A stretch of 64,000 nt of DNA from Nitrospirota bacterium (GCA_963701855.1 CAVPBK010000005.1:128001-192000); one strand, 5' to 3'; shown: positions 49,561-60,948, counted from the first letter of the stretch. Notes: a model not told the origin generated them from the letters alone. Numbers and translations: made by a program.

Positions 49561-52368
49561 TCAGGAACCATTGTTGTCAGTAGCTGGCATGAGCGCATCC
49601 GCTAGGAATCGTCCCGTGTAAGAAGCTGCCACTTTTGCCACTTGCTCCGGTCGGCCTTCTGCCACGATGTGTCCGCCTGCCGCGCCGCCTTCTGGGCCTA
49701 GGTCGATAATCCAATCGGCGCACTTGATGACGTCGAGATTGTGTTCCACCACCACTACGGTATTCCCGCTGTTCACTAACTTCTGCAGCATGGCCAGGAG
49801 TTTCTTGATGTCCTCGACGTGCAGCCCGGTGGTCGGTTCGTCCATGATGTAGAGCACGTTCTTCGCGGATGAATCTCTAAGTTCGGCTGCAATCTTTAAC
49901 CGTTGGGCCTCGCCGCCCGAGAGGGTCGTTGCGGATTGGCCGAGCCTGAGATAGCCGAGCCCGATGGTCGAGAGAAGGTGGAGCTTTTCAGTGAGCTTGG
50001 GTGAGCCGCTAAAAAACCCCAGCGCTTCTTCCGCCGTCATCTGCAACACATCATGGATCGTTTTCCCGCGATAGCGGATGGAGAGAACATCCGGTTTGAA
50101 TCGCTTTCCGTCACAGGCTTCGCAGGTGGCATATATGTCTTCGAAAAAATACATTTCCAGCTTTTCGACGCCGCTCCCTTCGCATCGGTCGCACCGGCCC
50201 CCGGTGGTATTGAAGGAGAAATGGCCTGGTGTGAGCCCGCGTCGGAGCGCATCGCGCTCAGAGGCGAAGAGCGTGCGAACTTCATCGAACGCTTTCAGGT
50301 AAGTGATCGGATTCGAGCGTGGCGTTCGGCCGATCGGTTCCTGATCGATGAGCTTAATGCCGGTGAGATGTTCAATTCCTTTAATCGCGCGAAATTTTCC
50401 CATCGGCAGCGACTCGACACGAAAGGCGCGGGCGAGGGCTCGGTAGAGTGTGTCTTCAACCAATGTGCTCTTGCCGGACCCTGAAACGCCGGTAATACAG
50501 ATCAACATGCCGAGCGGAATACGGACACACAGATCTTTGAGATTGTGTTCGCAGGCGCCGGCTATGACAAGAAATTTTCCGCTTCCTCTGCGCCGAGACC
50601 TGGGCGTTGAAATTTCATCTTCGCCGCGCAGGTAGCGGGCTGTGATCGAGCGCCGGTCTGCAATGAATTCTTGTTGTGGCGCTGCGCAGATTACTTCACC
50701 GCCTTTCTCGCCCGACAAGGGGCCCAGTTCGACAAGATAGTCGGCTGCCTGCATCATCTGGCGGTCGTGTTCGACGACAATCACCGTGTTGCCCTGGACT
50801 GCCAGCTCTCGCAGAATGCCGGCGAGCGTCGCGGTGTCACGCGGGTGGAGACCGATGGTCGGTTCGTCGAGGACATAGAGCGTGCCGACTAGGCGGGCGC
50901 CGAGTTGATTGGCCAAGGTTGCCCGTTGGGCTTCTCCGCCCGACAGCGTGCGGGTCTGGCGGGAGAGGGTGAGATAGCTGAGGCCCACGCGGAGGAGAAA
51001 GCCAAGCTTGGCCGTCAGTTGTCGGAGAATGTCGCGGGCGACCTGTTCCTCATAGGGAGAGAGGGAGAGAGATGTGATCCAAGCAGCAGCCTCTTCTATC
51101 GTAAGTGTAGACAGCTCATGAATATCTGTGCCCGCAATCTTCACGTAGCGGGCATCCGGTCGGAGTCGAGTCCCCTCACATGTTGGGCAGGGAACCGGTG
51201 TCCGGTAGCGGCTGAGCATCACGCGCACATGCAACTTGTAGCGCTTCCCTTCCAAGTATTCGAAAAATTGCCGCACGCCCTCCATCTTGCCTTCTCCCTG
51301 CCAGAGCATCTGCTGGACAGGCTGTGGCAGGCCCTTGTAGGGGGTGCTGAGGTCGATCCCACGCCGTTTCATGGAGAGCAACATTTGCTTCTGCCACCAA
51401 TCGCCGCTGGGCTTGCTCCAAGGTTCAATCGCGCCTTGGGCAAGTGACTTGCTGTGGTCGGGAATGACGAGGTCGGGATCGTAACGGAGAATATTGCCGA
51501 ATCCTTTGCATTCCGGGCAGGCGCCGAGCGGATGGTTGAAGGAAAAGAGGACCGGGCGAATCGGTTCGAACGTTCGGCCACATTGTTGGCAGCGAAAGTT
51601 TGTGCTGTAGGTTCGGAGGCTCTGGTCGATAACCTCCACGCGGCACAAACCCTCGCCCTCGTGGAATGCGGTTTCGATTGCTTCGACGAGACGAGATCGG
51701 TTGTCTTCTCGGATCACCAGCCGATCGAGAATCACATGAAGATGATCTGGCCTGGTTTTGGGAAGAGTGTGAGTCTCATGGAGATCGAGGATTTCTTCGC
51801 CGCACTGCACTCTGGTGAACCCGCGTAGCAACAGCGATTGGAGGAAAGCTTGATCTTGTTTCGGCGTTGGCGCTGCGACAGGAAAGAGGATCATTGCCCG
51901 TGCATCGCCGCAATGGTTCAGGAGATCATCGGCAACACTGCCGGGGTGAAAGCTGCGCGCAGCGACGGCGCAATCTGGGCAGACCGGGTGGCCCACTTTG
52001 GCGAACAGAAGTCTTAGAAGGTCGGCGATTTCAGTCGTGGTTCCAACTGTTGAGCGGGCGGTGCGGATGGGGTTCTTCTGCTCGATCGCAATGGCGGGGC
52101 GGACGTTAATCAGCCGGTCGACATCGGGTCGATTGACCTTATCGAGAAACATGCGTGCATAGGTGGAGAGCGATTCCACATAGCGCCATTGGCCTTCGGC
52201 GAACAGCGTGTCGAACGCGAGCGAGGATTTTCCCGATCCTGATACGCCTGTGATTGCTGTAACCTGATTGTGCGGAATGCGGAGCGAAATATTCTTCAGA
52301 TTGTTCTGCCGCGCACCTTCGACGATGAGGTTTGCAGACTGGTTCTGAGGCAGAGGGGTGGATTCCAC
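49561..52368 (-). CDS. uvrA: Excinuclease ABC subunit A
   Basis: Two ABC ATPase modules (GVSGSGKS, LSGGEAQR, DEPT); zinc fingers; FSFN motifs. Confidence 0.95.
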   Translation of the reverse strand: MESTPLPQNQSANLIVEGARQNNLKNISLRIPHNQVTAITGVSGSGKSSLAFDTLFAEGQWRYVESLSTYARMFLDKVNRPDVDRLINVRPAIAIEQKNPIRTARSTVGTTTEIADLLRLLFAKVGHPVCPDCAVAARSFHPGSVADDLLNHCGDARAMILFPVAAPTPKQDQAFLQSLLLRGFTRVQCGEEILDLHETHTLPKTRPDHLHVILDRLVIREDNRSRLVEAIETAFHEGEGLCRVEVIDQSLRTYSTNFRCQQCGRTFEPIRPVLFSFNHPLGACPECKGFGNILRYDPDLVIPDHSKSLAQGAIEPWSKPSGDWWQKQMLLSMKRRGIDLSTPYKGLPQPVQQMLWQGEGKMEGVRQFFEYLEGKRYKLHVRVMLSRYRTPVPCPTCEGTRLRPDARYVKIAGTDIHELSTLTIEEAAAWITSLSLSPYEEQVARDILRQLTAKLGFLLRVGLSYLTLSRQTRTLSGGEAQRATLANQLGARLVGTLYVLDEPTIGLHPRDTATLAGILRELAVQGNTVIVVEHDRQMMQAADYLVELGPLSGEKGGEVICAAPQQEFIADRRSITARYLRGEDEISTPRSRRRGSGKFLVIAGACEHNLKDLCVRIPLGMLICITGVSGSGKSTLVEDTLYRALARAFRVESLPMGKFRAIKGIEHLTGIKLIDQEPIGRTPRSNPITYLKAFDEVRTLFASERDALRRGLTPGHFSFNTTGGRCDRCEGSGVEKLEMYFFEDIYATCEACDGKRFKPDVLSIRYRGKTIHDVLQMTAEEALGFFSGSPKLTEKLHLLSTIGLGYLRLGQSATTLSGGEAQRLKIAAELRDSSAKNVLYIMDEPTTGLHVEDIKKLLAMLQKLVNSGNTVVVVEHNLDVIKCADWIIDLGPEGGAAGGHIVAEGRPEQVAKVAASYTGRFLADALMPATDNNGS

Positions 52369-52383
52369 GGCGCGCGCTCCTTG

Positions 52384-52480
52384 CAGGATGCTGAAAAAGT
52401 CCGTCAGCTCGTTCTCGCTTCGCTCAGAGGTTCAATGTACCGAAGCGTACGCCTTGCCTCTTTCGCCTCGCCACGAACGG
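52384..52480. repeat. Partial MITE-like repeat, reverse orientation
   Basis: CAGGATGCTGAAAAAG..CAGCTCGTTCTCGC matches the reverse complement of the 38326-38449 end. Confidence 0.6.
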
Positions 52481-52674
52481 CAACGTCTGGCAGGTTCCAG
52501 ACGAGACAAATGCACGATCGTAGCGCGGACCATTCGTGAATATCTACTCCAGCGTCCGGTCATCTCGTCGGCAGGGTGAGTATTATCCGGTTTTCTCGGG
52601 ATCAGGGGATTCAGCGAAAGGCTTGGCGATACCTTTCGATGGTGAGAAGATGAGGTGTCCAACGGGAGGGGAGT

Positions 52675-53001
52675 ATGATTCTATCGACAACACCCAGCAT
52701 CGACGGAAAGAAAGCGGTCAAATATTTGGGGTTGGTCTCCGGGGATGCCATCCTTGGCGCGAACATTTTTCGGGATTTTTTCGCATCGATTCGCGATATC
52801 GTTGGCGGTCGATCGGCGGCATATGAAGCCGAGCTGCGCAAGGCCAAAGACATTGCACTTGGCGAAATGCGCGAGCAGGCTCGGCATCTGGGCGCCAATG
52901 CCATTATCGGCATCGATATCGATTATGAAACGATCGGCGCCAGCGGCAGCATGTTGATGGTTAGCGCCACCGGCACGGCTGTGGTTGTGGAGCCACAATA
53001 G
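52675..53001 (+). CDS. YbjQ/UPF0145 family protein
   Basis: [29 protein letters not shown]...GANAIIG. Confidence 0.9.
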   Translation: MILSTTPSIDGKKAVKYLGLVSGDAILGANIFRDFFASIRDIVGGRSAAYEAELRKAKDIALGEMREQARHLGANAIIGIDIDYETIGASGSMLMVSATGTAVVVEPQ

Positions 53002-53005
53002 GATC

Positions 53006-53557
53006 ATGCAGCGCCTGCCTCCGGCAGAGTATCTCGGATTCGGCCGCCAGTTAGCCGGCCTATTAGGTTCATGTCTTGAAGGAGCGCCGGGTGACGAACT
53101 CCGGGAGCTGGATCGAGCTTACGATCCATCTGCCAACGAAGCACGTATCAGCGCCGAGGTGTTCCTCTTTCACAAATATCTGCTCATGCGAGCATGTGTC
53201 GGCGTATTCCCCGAATCGGAGGTCGACCATGTTGTCGGGGGATTGTTTGCAGCGCTCAACGAACGGGTCAGCGGGCTGGAGTTCAGTCCAGAGCGGCAGC
53301 AGCGGGCGGTGCAGTTCGACCAGCCCTTCTCGCAGGATCAAGTCGATTTTCTCGATGAGGGATCGAGGCACATCCGCTGGAAAAAGACTATTGTCCGGTT
53401 CTGTCAGAATGTGCGAGAGATCGACAACCCTCCCAACATATGGGCCGGGGCCAATGGCTCATCCCAAGCAGCAAGCCCCTCTGTCACCGCAGTCATCGAT
53501 CATATGGTGTGGGCCCTCGGCGAAATGAATCGGCTCCATTTCAGCGGAGCAGTCTGA
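53006..53557 (+). CDS. Hypothetical protein
   Basis: ORF directly after the YbjQ-like gene. Confidence 0.55.
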   Translation: MQRLPPAEYLGFGRQLAGLLGSCLEGAPGDELRELDRAYDPSANEARISAEVFLFHKYLLMRACVGVFPESEVDHVVGGLFAALNERVSGLEFSPERQQRAVQFDQPFSQDQVDFLDEGSRHIRWKKTIVRFCQNVREIDNPPNIWAGANGSSQAASPSVTAVIDHMVWALGEMNRLHFSGAV

Positions 53558-53596
53558 GCATTGAGAAAAGCAAACTGTGCTAGCGCCAACAATGAT

Positions 53597-53935
53597 TTAA
53601 TCTAACACCTTCTTTACCAGCCCCACGCAGCCAAGATACAGCACGAGCGAACCGATCATGGAGGGCCAGAAGCCGAATCGGGGGATACCCGCTATCATGA
53701 AAACGACGTAAACAATCCAGGGCGGGACGAACCACAGCAAGTTCTTTGCGTAGCTGACGATCGCATCGTTGCCACCATTCAGATAGATGAGGATGAACGT
53801 GGCGCCGGTAATGGCGGGGAAGGTGCTGGCAAAAGCGGCGAGGAACGATTTGCCTTGAGACCCGAGGTAGGTGGAGAGACTGACAATCGTTCCACCGAGA
53901 AGGAAATACAATACATACTTGCCGAATTCACTCAT
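53597..53935 (-). CDS. Small membrane protein (DUF3147/GlpM-like)
   Basis: Four TM helices; FLLGG.IV...LAAF...FP. Confidence 0.7.
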   Translation of the reverse strand: MSEFGKYVLYFLLGGTIVSLSTYLGSQGKSFLAAFASTFPAITGATFILIYLNGGNDAIVSYAKNLLWFVPPWIVYVVFMIAGIPRFGFWPSMIGSLVLYLGCVGLVKKVLD

Positions 53936-53969
53936 TACGCTGCTCCTTGTTGAGAAAGACCGGTTTTCT

Positions 53970-54683
53970 CTACGACAACGCGAATCTCACTGCGCTGTAC
54001 ATCACGATGACTTCGACCGCATGCGCGATGATCGTGATATAGAGATTGCGTGTGTGCAGATAGATGATTCCCCAGATGAGACCGTCCCAAAGCGCGATCC
54101 AATGGAGGTACTGGAAAGTATTCACCATGAAGGGGTCGAAAGCAAATATCAGCGCGCAGGTGATGAGCGCGAGAGGCGAGCGGCGTTGGGTCAAGCCGGA
54201 TCTCCATAGTCCCGATTCAAGTATAGCCAGTCGTCCGAGGAGAAAACCGCGAAAGTTCAGTTCCACGAAGAGTGCAATGCCACAGATGAACCAGGGAAGC
54301 ATGACCAAGAGAGGGAGTCTGCCATGCAGTGTGGTTTTGAGGAAATTGATGTCATAGCCCAAGTGTGGATAGGCCGAGAGAATCACGAATGTATTCAGAA
54401 AGCCGAGAAGCAGGCCGGTCAGGAGTCCCCAGCGGAGGCCATCCCGTACATTCTCTTTAACCAACCCAAGTCGAGATACGAACTTGTGGTTGTGCATGGC
54501 CCAAAAGCCTAAGGCGAGGTAAGCGACGATCTGTGGTGCGAATTGAGCCAGCGGCTGTTCTTGGAGCTGAGCGGGAAGGGCATAGTAGATAAGTGTTGCG
54601 ACGATGGGGAACAACCCGAGGCCTGCTCCCCATTCTTTGGCCTGAGTCGGTGTCTTGTGCAGACCAGGCTCAGGCGAGGTCAT
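53970..54683 (-). CDS. CPBP/CAAX-protease-like (Abi) membrane protein
   Basis: E..FRG motif (VELNFRG) and C-terminal AH; degenerate catalytic set. Confidence 0.7.
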   Translation of the reverse strand: MTSPEPGLHKTPTQAKEWGAGLGLFPIVATLIYYALPAQLQEQPLAQFAPQIVAYLALGFWAMHNHKFVSRLGLVKENVRDGLRWGLLTGLLLGFLNTFVILSAYPHLGYDINFLKTTLHGRLPLLVMLPWFICGIALFVELNFRGFLLGRLAILESGLWRSGLTQRRSPLALITCALIFAFDPFMVNTFQYLHWIALWDGLIWGIIYLHTRNLYITIIAHAVEVIVMYSAVRFALS

Positions 54684-54691
54684 GGAGGCCG

Positions 54692-56299
54692 TCAGTTGAG
54701 TTGGAGATTATAGCGATCGAGGGTGGTGGCTTTGTGCCGCGCGAGGTTAGAGAGCGATTTGTTGTAGTCGACCGTGGCGCGCAACTCGTTCCCTTGGGCC
54801 GTCGCGAGATCTCGCTGGAAGTCGAGCACAAAGCGAGTCGTGCTCAGTCCCACCTTCAAGCGCTCTTGCTCCGCCTGCAACTGCTTCTCTGCCATGATTC
54901 TGGCCGATCTGGTCGTTTCGATCCGCTTGAAATCCGTCTGGACGCGGCGGACTGCTTCGCGGATTCCCACGATGATCTGCTGCCGCACGCTCACGAGCGA
55001 CGCTTCGGCGTTCTTCTCCTCCAGTTGCCGTTTGTTGTAGGTGCTCCAGGCTGAACGGTTGCCGAGTGGGTAACTTAAGACGAGGCCTGCTCCATAATTA
55101 TAGTAATCGCCGCTGAGGTTATTGTTTACCGAGTCAGTGTAGTTTCCCGCCAGTCCCGCCATTCCCATGGTCCCCTGAAACGAGAGGGTCGGGAGAATCT
55201 GATTTTTGGCAAACTTGGTGTTGAGATCGCTCGTCTCCATATTCTTCTTCGCTTGGAAAATTTCCGGCCGTTGCTCGAAGGCGACGTCGATGGCTTCCTG
55301 CAGGCTGATGGGTTCAAGGGTCACGACCGGTTGGTCGAGCGGGGTTAAGCGTAAATCTTGACGCAGGTCCTCTTCCGCAGGATTGAGCAATCGGCGCAGT
55401 TGATCTTCCTGGTCTCGAATCGCTTTATCCGCGACCAGCACCTGCTCGACCCGTGATGCAACGGCAGCTTCGGCTTGCAAGACATCGACGACCGACATGA
55501 TGCCGGCCTTCATCTTCGCCCGGTTGCTGGCCAAGAGTTCCTGTGCCGCTTTCAAGGCGGCCTCGGCCACTTTCAGGTTCTCATTGGCAAAGACGACTTC
55601 CCAATAGGTCTGTTCCACCGTGGCCAGGACGGTGAGGACGCGATCGCGAAAGACATGTTCTTCCACAGTGGCATTGTTCTGTGCGACGCGAATGAAAGTC
55701 TTGGTGATGTCAACCCCTGCGTTGCGGAGGAGAGGTTGTGTGAACGTCAGCGCAAGGCCGCCGGTCCAGGACGGATTGAACAAAAACCCTCCTCCTCCAG
55801 TACATCCAGGAGCAGTACTCGGTTTTCCAAAACACGCCTGAGCTCCGGCTACATTAGTTCGAGAGGGGCTATAGTTCAGGTCGACATTGCCGCCGGTCAG
55901 CAAATTCGTCGTCGCATCAAACGTGACGGAGTCGGTCCGTTGGTCGAAGGTTGAGTAATCATTGAGCGCGGATTTTGAAAAGCCTAATACCGGCCGGTTG
56001 AGCGGGCTGACCGTTCGATTGAATTGACCGTTGACGCTCAGAGTCGGGTCGAACCTGGCTTGTTCGACAATAATGTCTGCTAGCCGGCTCTCCTTCGTCT
56101 GGCGGCTGATGTTGATATCCAGATTATGTTGCAGCGCGCGAATGGCCGCGTCGGCGAGGGAGATGGTCTCCCGTCGTTCCGTAGGCGTCGTCGTGCCGAT
56201 CTCCAGCCCCCAACTAAGTCCAGGCAGCAAGATTAGGCCTATGCCGACGGCATAGCTGCATGTGCGTCCCCATCCATTTGCTGCGAGACCCTGCTTCAT
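54692..56299 (-). CDS. TolC-family outer membrane protein
   Basis: Signal peptide; two OEP repeats (TQPLLRNAG, VEQTYW, LPTLSF). Confidence 0.88.
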   Translation of the reverse strand: MKQGLAANGWGRTCSYAVGIGLILLPGLSWGLEIGTTTPTERRETISLADAAIRALQHNLDINISRQTKESRLADIIVEQARFDPTLSVNGQFNRTVSPLNRPVLGFSKSALNDYSTFDQRTDSVTFDATTNLLTGGNVDLNYSPSRTNVAGAQACFGKPSTAPGCTGGGGFLFNPSWTGGLALTFTQPLLRNAGVDITKTFIRVAQNNATVEEHVFRDRVLTVLATVEQTYWEVVFANENLKVAEAALKAAQELLASNRAKMKAGIMSVVDVLQAEAAVASRVEQVLVADKAIRDQEDQLRRLLNPAEEDLRQDLRLTPLDQPVVTLEPISLQEAIDVAFEQRPEIFQAKKNMETSDLNTKFAKNQILPTLSFQGTMGMAGLAGNYTDSVNNNLSGDYYNYGAGLVLSYPLGNRSAWSTYNKRQLEEKNAEASLVSVRQQIIVGIREAVRRVQTDFKRIETTRSARIMAEKQLQAEQERLKVGLSTTRFVLDFQRDLATAQGNELRATVDYNKSLSNLARHKATTLDRYNLQLN

Positions 56300-56376
56300 A
56301 AGGCCCCCTTTGATCGACAACGAATCTTTTTCTGTACTATAATGATTCTATAGAGATCTGTCATGGATTAATTACA

Positions 56377-56823
56377 ATGAGAATTCAGGGCTATCGGGTC
56401 AAGCAAACTATCCTGTCGGTCTCGGTGTTTCCTGTGGCGCTGTCTGTGCTGGCCCTGTTCCTATTTGCACTCTCGTCGCTGAACTCGCAGGCTTGGGGCC
56501 AAACGATCTCAAGTGTTCGTTCATTCAATGGAGGGGTTACGCCACTGTTCAGTCAGCCCGGCATAGGGAATCTCTATATCGACAATCAGGGCACGCAGGG
56601 ATTTATGTACGCCCCCGGGAATAATTTCGAAACGTACAGCTTTCGGAATCCCACAACCGGTCAGTCATGGAGCGGGGCTGTGACCACGCTCGGACCGCAA
56701 CTCTCGATTGGACTGATCCAAGGTGCCAACCAGAGCGGTTCAGGGCTTGTCCTTCCCGGTCCTCCCCGCCAAACCGCGCCGTTGCCATCGATTCAGTCGA
56801 CCATTCTCGACGACATCCCCTGA
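56377..56823 (+). CDS. Hypothetical exported protein
   Basis: Signal peptide (AWG cleavage-like); Gly/Ser-rich. Confidence 0.6.
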   Translation: MRIQGYRVKQTILSVSVFPVALSVLALFLFALSSLNSQAWGQTISSVRSFNGGVTPLFSQPGIGNLYIDNQGTQGFMYAPGNNFETYSFRNPTTGQSWSGAVTTLGPQLSIGLIQGANQSGSGLVLPGPPRQTAPLPSIQSTILDDIP

Positions 56824-56940
56824 CACAATGCTGAAAAGACCGCCAGTATCGCTCCGCAAGAGCCGTGAAACGTAGGATTGTCGAGTGCTCTTCCTCCGAA
56901 ACGTTTTACGTTTTACGTTTCACGATTCACGTCTCACGGA

Positions 56941-58497
56941 TCAAGGAGCATTCGCCAGCTGCCAGGTGAGGGCAAGGACATACCGAGCTGCCATGTACAG
57001 AATCTCCGGATTGATCGTATCGGCGGTATCGGTGGGCTGATGAAAGTGTGAGTGGATACCGCCGCTGACGATGGTGATGGTTGGCACTCCAGCCTCTTTG
57101 AAGGGCACGTGATCGCCGCCAGGGAAAAATCCGTACAGGTCAAGTTTGTCCACCAAACCCGCTGCCCGTCCTGCTTCCTGTGCCGTGGTTTTTTCAAACC
57201 CCGTGACACCAACAGTTAACCGTCCGCTTCCCACTCCGGCATGGTCAATGTTGATCATGGCTTTCGTGGAGCTGAGGGGGACGATGGGTTTCGATGTGTA
57301 GAGGCGTGACCCGAGCAGATCATGTTCCTCCCCACTAAAGGAGACAAAGAGGATCGTCCGCTGGGGGCGCAGTTCAGTTTTTCCAAGAGCCCGTGCGACC
57401 TCCAGCACTACAGCTGTACCAGATGCGTTGTCATCAGCGCCTGGAAACCAGAGGCCCGCTGGGCGACCGAAATGATCACGATGGGCACCGATGACGATGG
57501 TATCCGGCCCTGTACCAGGGATCAGCCCCACCACGTTCGTCAGCAAGCCCTCCCGTATCGTGGATTTCCAATGGAGAGATGCATATTGGTTGGTTTGATG
57601 AGCGCGTGCTGATGGGGCTTTATTAAGTTGCTCTTGGAGGGTGCGAAGGCGGGCAGCGGTGGGCCCCTCACTGCCTCCGGCGAGGAGATTCCCCGCGAGG
57701 TCTGTGCTGATCCATGCGCCAGGGAGAGCTTGGTCAGGGGGCAGCTGCCCATAAAAGGCGCTGGGCCTTCCCGTAATACCGCGTCGAACTTCATATGGAT
57801 TGAGAATTGGCCCTGTCGCGGTCAGATAGGCCAAGGCACCTCGATCTCGAGCGAAGCGGACCTTGTCGGCATGGCTGATGGAGCCTTGGTAGTAGTCCGG
57901 TTTGCCACGCAGGAAGAGCACGATGCAGTTGTGTACGTCGACGTCTGCGTAATCGTCGATCCTTTGGGTGGGATCGACAATACCATAGCCGACGAAGACG
58001 ATTTGTCCTTGGAGGCCGGCAGACGGGGAATCAAAGACTGGAAGGTAGTCCTTGTGTAACTGTGCTGTGACGAACCGGTCCGCTGTTCCGGTGCGAATGA
58101 CCGGGTCTGGTGCGATGAGTGAAGTGGAGACCATTGAGGCCATGATGCCAGCTAGAGGGACTTCCTTTTCTTTACTGGAAAATGGAAAAGTGAGTGGGCT
58201 GTTGTCTATCAGCGGTAGCAGTACCCCCACCGAGGTTAATTCCCCTGCGACCCATTGTGCAGATCGCAGATCGTCTTCTGATCCTGCCTGTCTGCCATTG
58301 AATGCCGGACCGCTTAATGTGCGCACGTCGGCGAGCATTCGTTCGCTTGACAGGCTGTCGAGCGCTTGAAGCCATGCACGATGGTCTTCTTCCGATTGCG
58401 CAAAACTCTCGATTCCCAGGGGGAGCAGAACGAGAATGATTCCCAGGAGAGGGATCACAGTAAGGAAGGGAGAGCCTCTGCGCGTCGAGCCGTTCAT
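56941..58497 (-). CDS. M28-family aminopeptidase with PA domain
   Basis: GAHRDH, GADDNASG, SGEE, NID, DH.PF, H..TD. Confidence 0.88.
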   Translation of the reverse strand: MNGSTRRGSPFLTVIPLLGIILVLLPLGIESFAQSEEDHRAWLQALDSLSSERMLADVRTLSGPAFNGRQAGSEDDLRSAQWVAGELTSVGVLLPLIDNSPLTFPFSSKEKEVPLAGIMASMVSTSLIAPDPVIRTGTADRFVTAQLHKDYLPVFDSPSAGLQGQIVFVGYGIVDPTQRIDDYADVDVHNCIVLFLRGKPDYYQGSISHADKVRFARDRGALAYLTATGPILNPYEVRRGITGRPSAFYGQLPPDQALPGAWISTDLAGNLLAGGSEGPTAARLRTLQEQLNKAPSARAHQTNQYASLHWKSTIREGLLTNVVGLIPGTGPDTIVIGAHRDHFGRPAGLWFPGADDNASGTAVVLEVARALGKTELRPQRTILFVSFSGEEHDLLGSRLYTSKPIVPLSSTKAMINIDHAGVGSGRLTVGVTGFEKTTAQEAGRAAGLVDKLDLYGFFPGGDHVPFKEAGVPTITIVSGGIHSHFHQPTDTADTINPEILYMAARYVLALTWQLANAP

Positions 58498-58577
58498 GAA
58501 GTGAGCCTTTCGAAGTAGCGCAGAACTATAGCATAGACTGGCAGGTTCGTTGCAGAGCGGCTGCGGGCCAAGGTACT

Positions 58578-60668
58578 ATGTCGAATTATCAGGATGAAGG
58601 TTTGATGACAGATTCAACCACACTAGCAGATCGTTTTCCGAACCGGCTCATTACAGAAGCCAGTCCCTATCTTCGGCAGCATGCGGAGAATCCGGTGGAG
58701 TGGTATCCCTGGGGCGAGGAAGCCTTGGCGCGGGCGAAAGCAGAGGACAAGCCGATTCTGTTGTCGATCGGCTACTCGGCCTGCCACTGGTGCCATGTCA
58801 TGGCCCATGAATGTTTCGAAAATGTCGAGATTGCCGGGCTGATGAACCAGGACTTCATCAATGTGAAGGTCGATCGAGAAGAGCGCCCGGACTTGGACGA
58901 TATCTACCAAAAGTCCTCGCAGGTGTTTTTGGGACGGGGCGGTGGATGGCCCCTGACGATGTTTCTGACGCCTGATCAAGAACCATTTTACGGGGGGACA
59001 TATTTCCCGCCAGCGCCCCGCTACAACCTGCCGGGATTTCCCGAGGTCTTGCGCGGTGTCGTCGAGGCCTATCGGAATCATCGAGACGATGTCCGCAAGA
59101 ATGTGGAGAAGGTGAAAGCTGGATTGCTGCGAGTCGGAACACCTCAGCCGTCGAACGATCCCTTGACGGATCGTTTGCTCGATGAGGCAGCCAAGAACTT
59201 AGGCCAGTTTTTCGATCCGATCCACGGCGGATTCGGTGAGGGACCGAAATTTCCGACGGTTCCCCCTCTCAGTCTGTTGCTGCGCCAGACGGCTCGGACG
59301 AAAGACGTCTCCCATCAAGAGCAGGCGCTGTTACAACTGAGAACCATGGCGGCTGGAGGAATCTACGATCATCTCGGCGGGGGGTTCCACCGTTATTCGG
59401 TGGATGGCCAGTGGTTGATTCCCCATTTCGAAAAGATGCTCTACGACAACGCGCAGCTGGTGCGGATTTATCTCGATGGATGGCGTCTCACGAAAGAGAA
59501 CCGCTTTCGTGAAGTGGTGGAAGAGACGTTGGAATACGTCCGTCGTGAACTCACGCATCCGGACGGTGCGTTCTTTGCTGCGCAGGATGCCGACAGCGAT
59601 GGGCACGAGGGAAGCTATTTCGTCTGGGAACCGGGAGAGATTGCCGCAGTGCTGGGGGCCGAAATGGCAGAGGAGTTCTGCCGGCACTATGGGGTGACGG
59701 AGAACGGCAATTTTGAAGGCAAGAACGTGTTGAATCGGCTCGGTGGGATTTCGCTCGCGCCCGATGCGCAAGAGGAAATGGAGTCTTTGTTGCGGCCTGC
59801 CAGGGTGAAGTTGCTTGCCATACGAGAGCAACGGATGAATCCGCAGCGGGATGACAACATTCTCACGAGCTGGAATGGGATGATGGTGTCCGCCTATCTC
59901 GACGCCTATCACGCGTTCGGGGTTCCCGCGTATCTAGCAGCGGCGGAACGGGCGCTCACATTCCTCGTGGACTATGCGGTCGAGAACGGGCGAGTCTATC
60001 GTACGGTCAGGGAGGGGAAGGGCCGTTTGAACGGCTATCTGGACGATGCTGCCTGTCTTGCAGCCGCGTTGCTGGACGCGTTTGAGGCCACGTCACATCG
60101 GTGGTATCTGGATCAAGCCCGTGAGATGACGGACCAACTGCTGGAGCGATATTGGGATGAGGCGGCGGGTGGGTGTTTTTATACCAGCCGCGATCACGAA
60201 GCCCTCCTTCATCGCATGAAGTCCGGGACCGACAGTGCGATTCCATCCGGCAATGCCGTTGTTGCTTCAGTCTTGCTGAGGCTGTTCTCATTCACCAGAG
60301 AGCAACGATATCATGATCGGGCGGCGCAGTTGTTCCGGGTGTTCCGAAACGCGATGGAGCACAACGCCTATGGCTCATCGGCTATGCTCTGCGCGTTGGA
60401 TTGGTACCTGACGACGTCACAAGAGATTGTTGTTGTCGGGACGCGTGGCGATGCGATGACCGAATCGTTGCTCTCAACTGTCCATCGACGCTATCTGCCG
60501 AATCATACCGTGCTGGTGGTCGAAGCCTCTCGCCGTGCCGGGGAATCCGAATTGGCGCCTGCAGTAGGGAAAGTGAGTGTGAATGGGCAGCCAACGGCAT
60601 ATGTCTGTCAACATCAGACCTGTTCGCCTCCGGTAACGGAACACCACCAATTGGACTTGTTATTGTAG
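58578..60668 (+). CDS. YyaL/SSP411-like thioredoxin-domain protein (DUF255)
   Basis: [43 protein letters not shown]. Confidence 0.92.
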   Translation: MSNYQDEGLMTDSTTLADRFPNRLITEASPYLRQHAENPVEWYPWGEEALARAKAEDKPILLSIGYSACHWCHVMAHECFENVEIAGLMNQDFINVKVDREERPDLDDIYQKSSQVFLGRGGGWPLTMFLTPDQEPFYGGTYFPPAPRYNLPGFPEVLRGVVEAYRNHRDDVRKNVEKVKAGLLRVGTPQPSNDPLTDRLLDEAAKNLGQFFDPIHGGFGEGPKFPTVPPLSLLLRQTARTKDVSHQEQALLQLRTMAAGGIYDHLGGGFHRYSVDGQWLIPHFEKMLYDNAQLVRIYLDGWRLTKENRFREVVEETLEYVRRELTHPDGAFFAAQDADSDGHEGSYFVWEPGEIAAVLGAEMAEEFCRHYGVTENGNFEGKNVLNRLGGISLAPDAQEEMESLLRPARVKLLAIREQRMNPQRDDNILTSWNGMMVSAYLDAYHAFGVPAYLAAAERALTFLVDYAVENGRVYRTVREGKGRLNGYLDDAACLAAALLDAFEATSHRWYLDQAREMTDQLLERYWDEAAGGCFYTSRDHEALLHRMKSGTDSAIPSGNAVVASVLLRLFSFTREQRYHDRAAQLFRVFRNAMEHNAYGSSAMLCALDWYLTTSQEIVVVGTRGDAMTESLLSTVHRRYLPNHTVLVVEASRRAGESELAPAVGKVSVNGQPTAYVCQHQTCSPPVTEHHQLDLLL

Positions 60669-60678
60669 GGAGGGTGCT

Positions 60679-60933
60679 ATGGGCGCAGGTAACTCTGGTA
60701 AAGGATTATACGATCACCTCTACCGCCGATTCTTCGAGAATCGCGAGTCGCACCAGGGCTACGATTTTCAACATGCGCCTGGTGGAAGCTCTCCAACACC
60801 AGGCGTCACATTTCCGGATCGTCTTCGATGGTGGGCGTGGGGTCGATGGAAACGCCGAAAGGTCATCATGGCTGCCCGTGACCGGTTCCAACAAGACATT
60901 CTCGATATCAAAAAACGACCACTAATAAAGTAA
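60679..60933 (+). CDS. Small hypothetical protein (reading frame uncertain)
   Basis: GGAGG RBS; an overlapping open frame suggests possible frameshift errors. Confidence 0.35.
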   Translation: MGAGNSGKGLYDHLYRRFFENRESHQGYDFQHAPGGSSPTPGVTFPDRLRWWAWGRWKRRKVIMAARDRFQQDILDIKKRPLIK

Positions 60934-60948
60934 GAAAAGACTCAGAAG

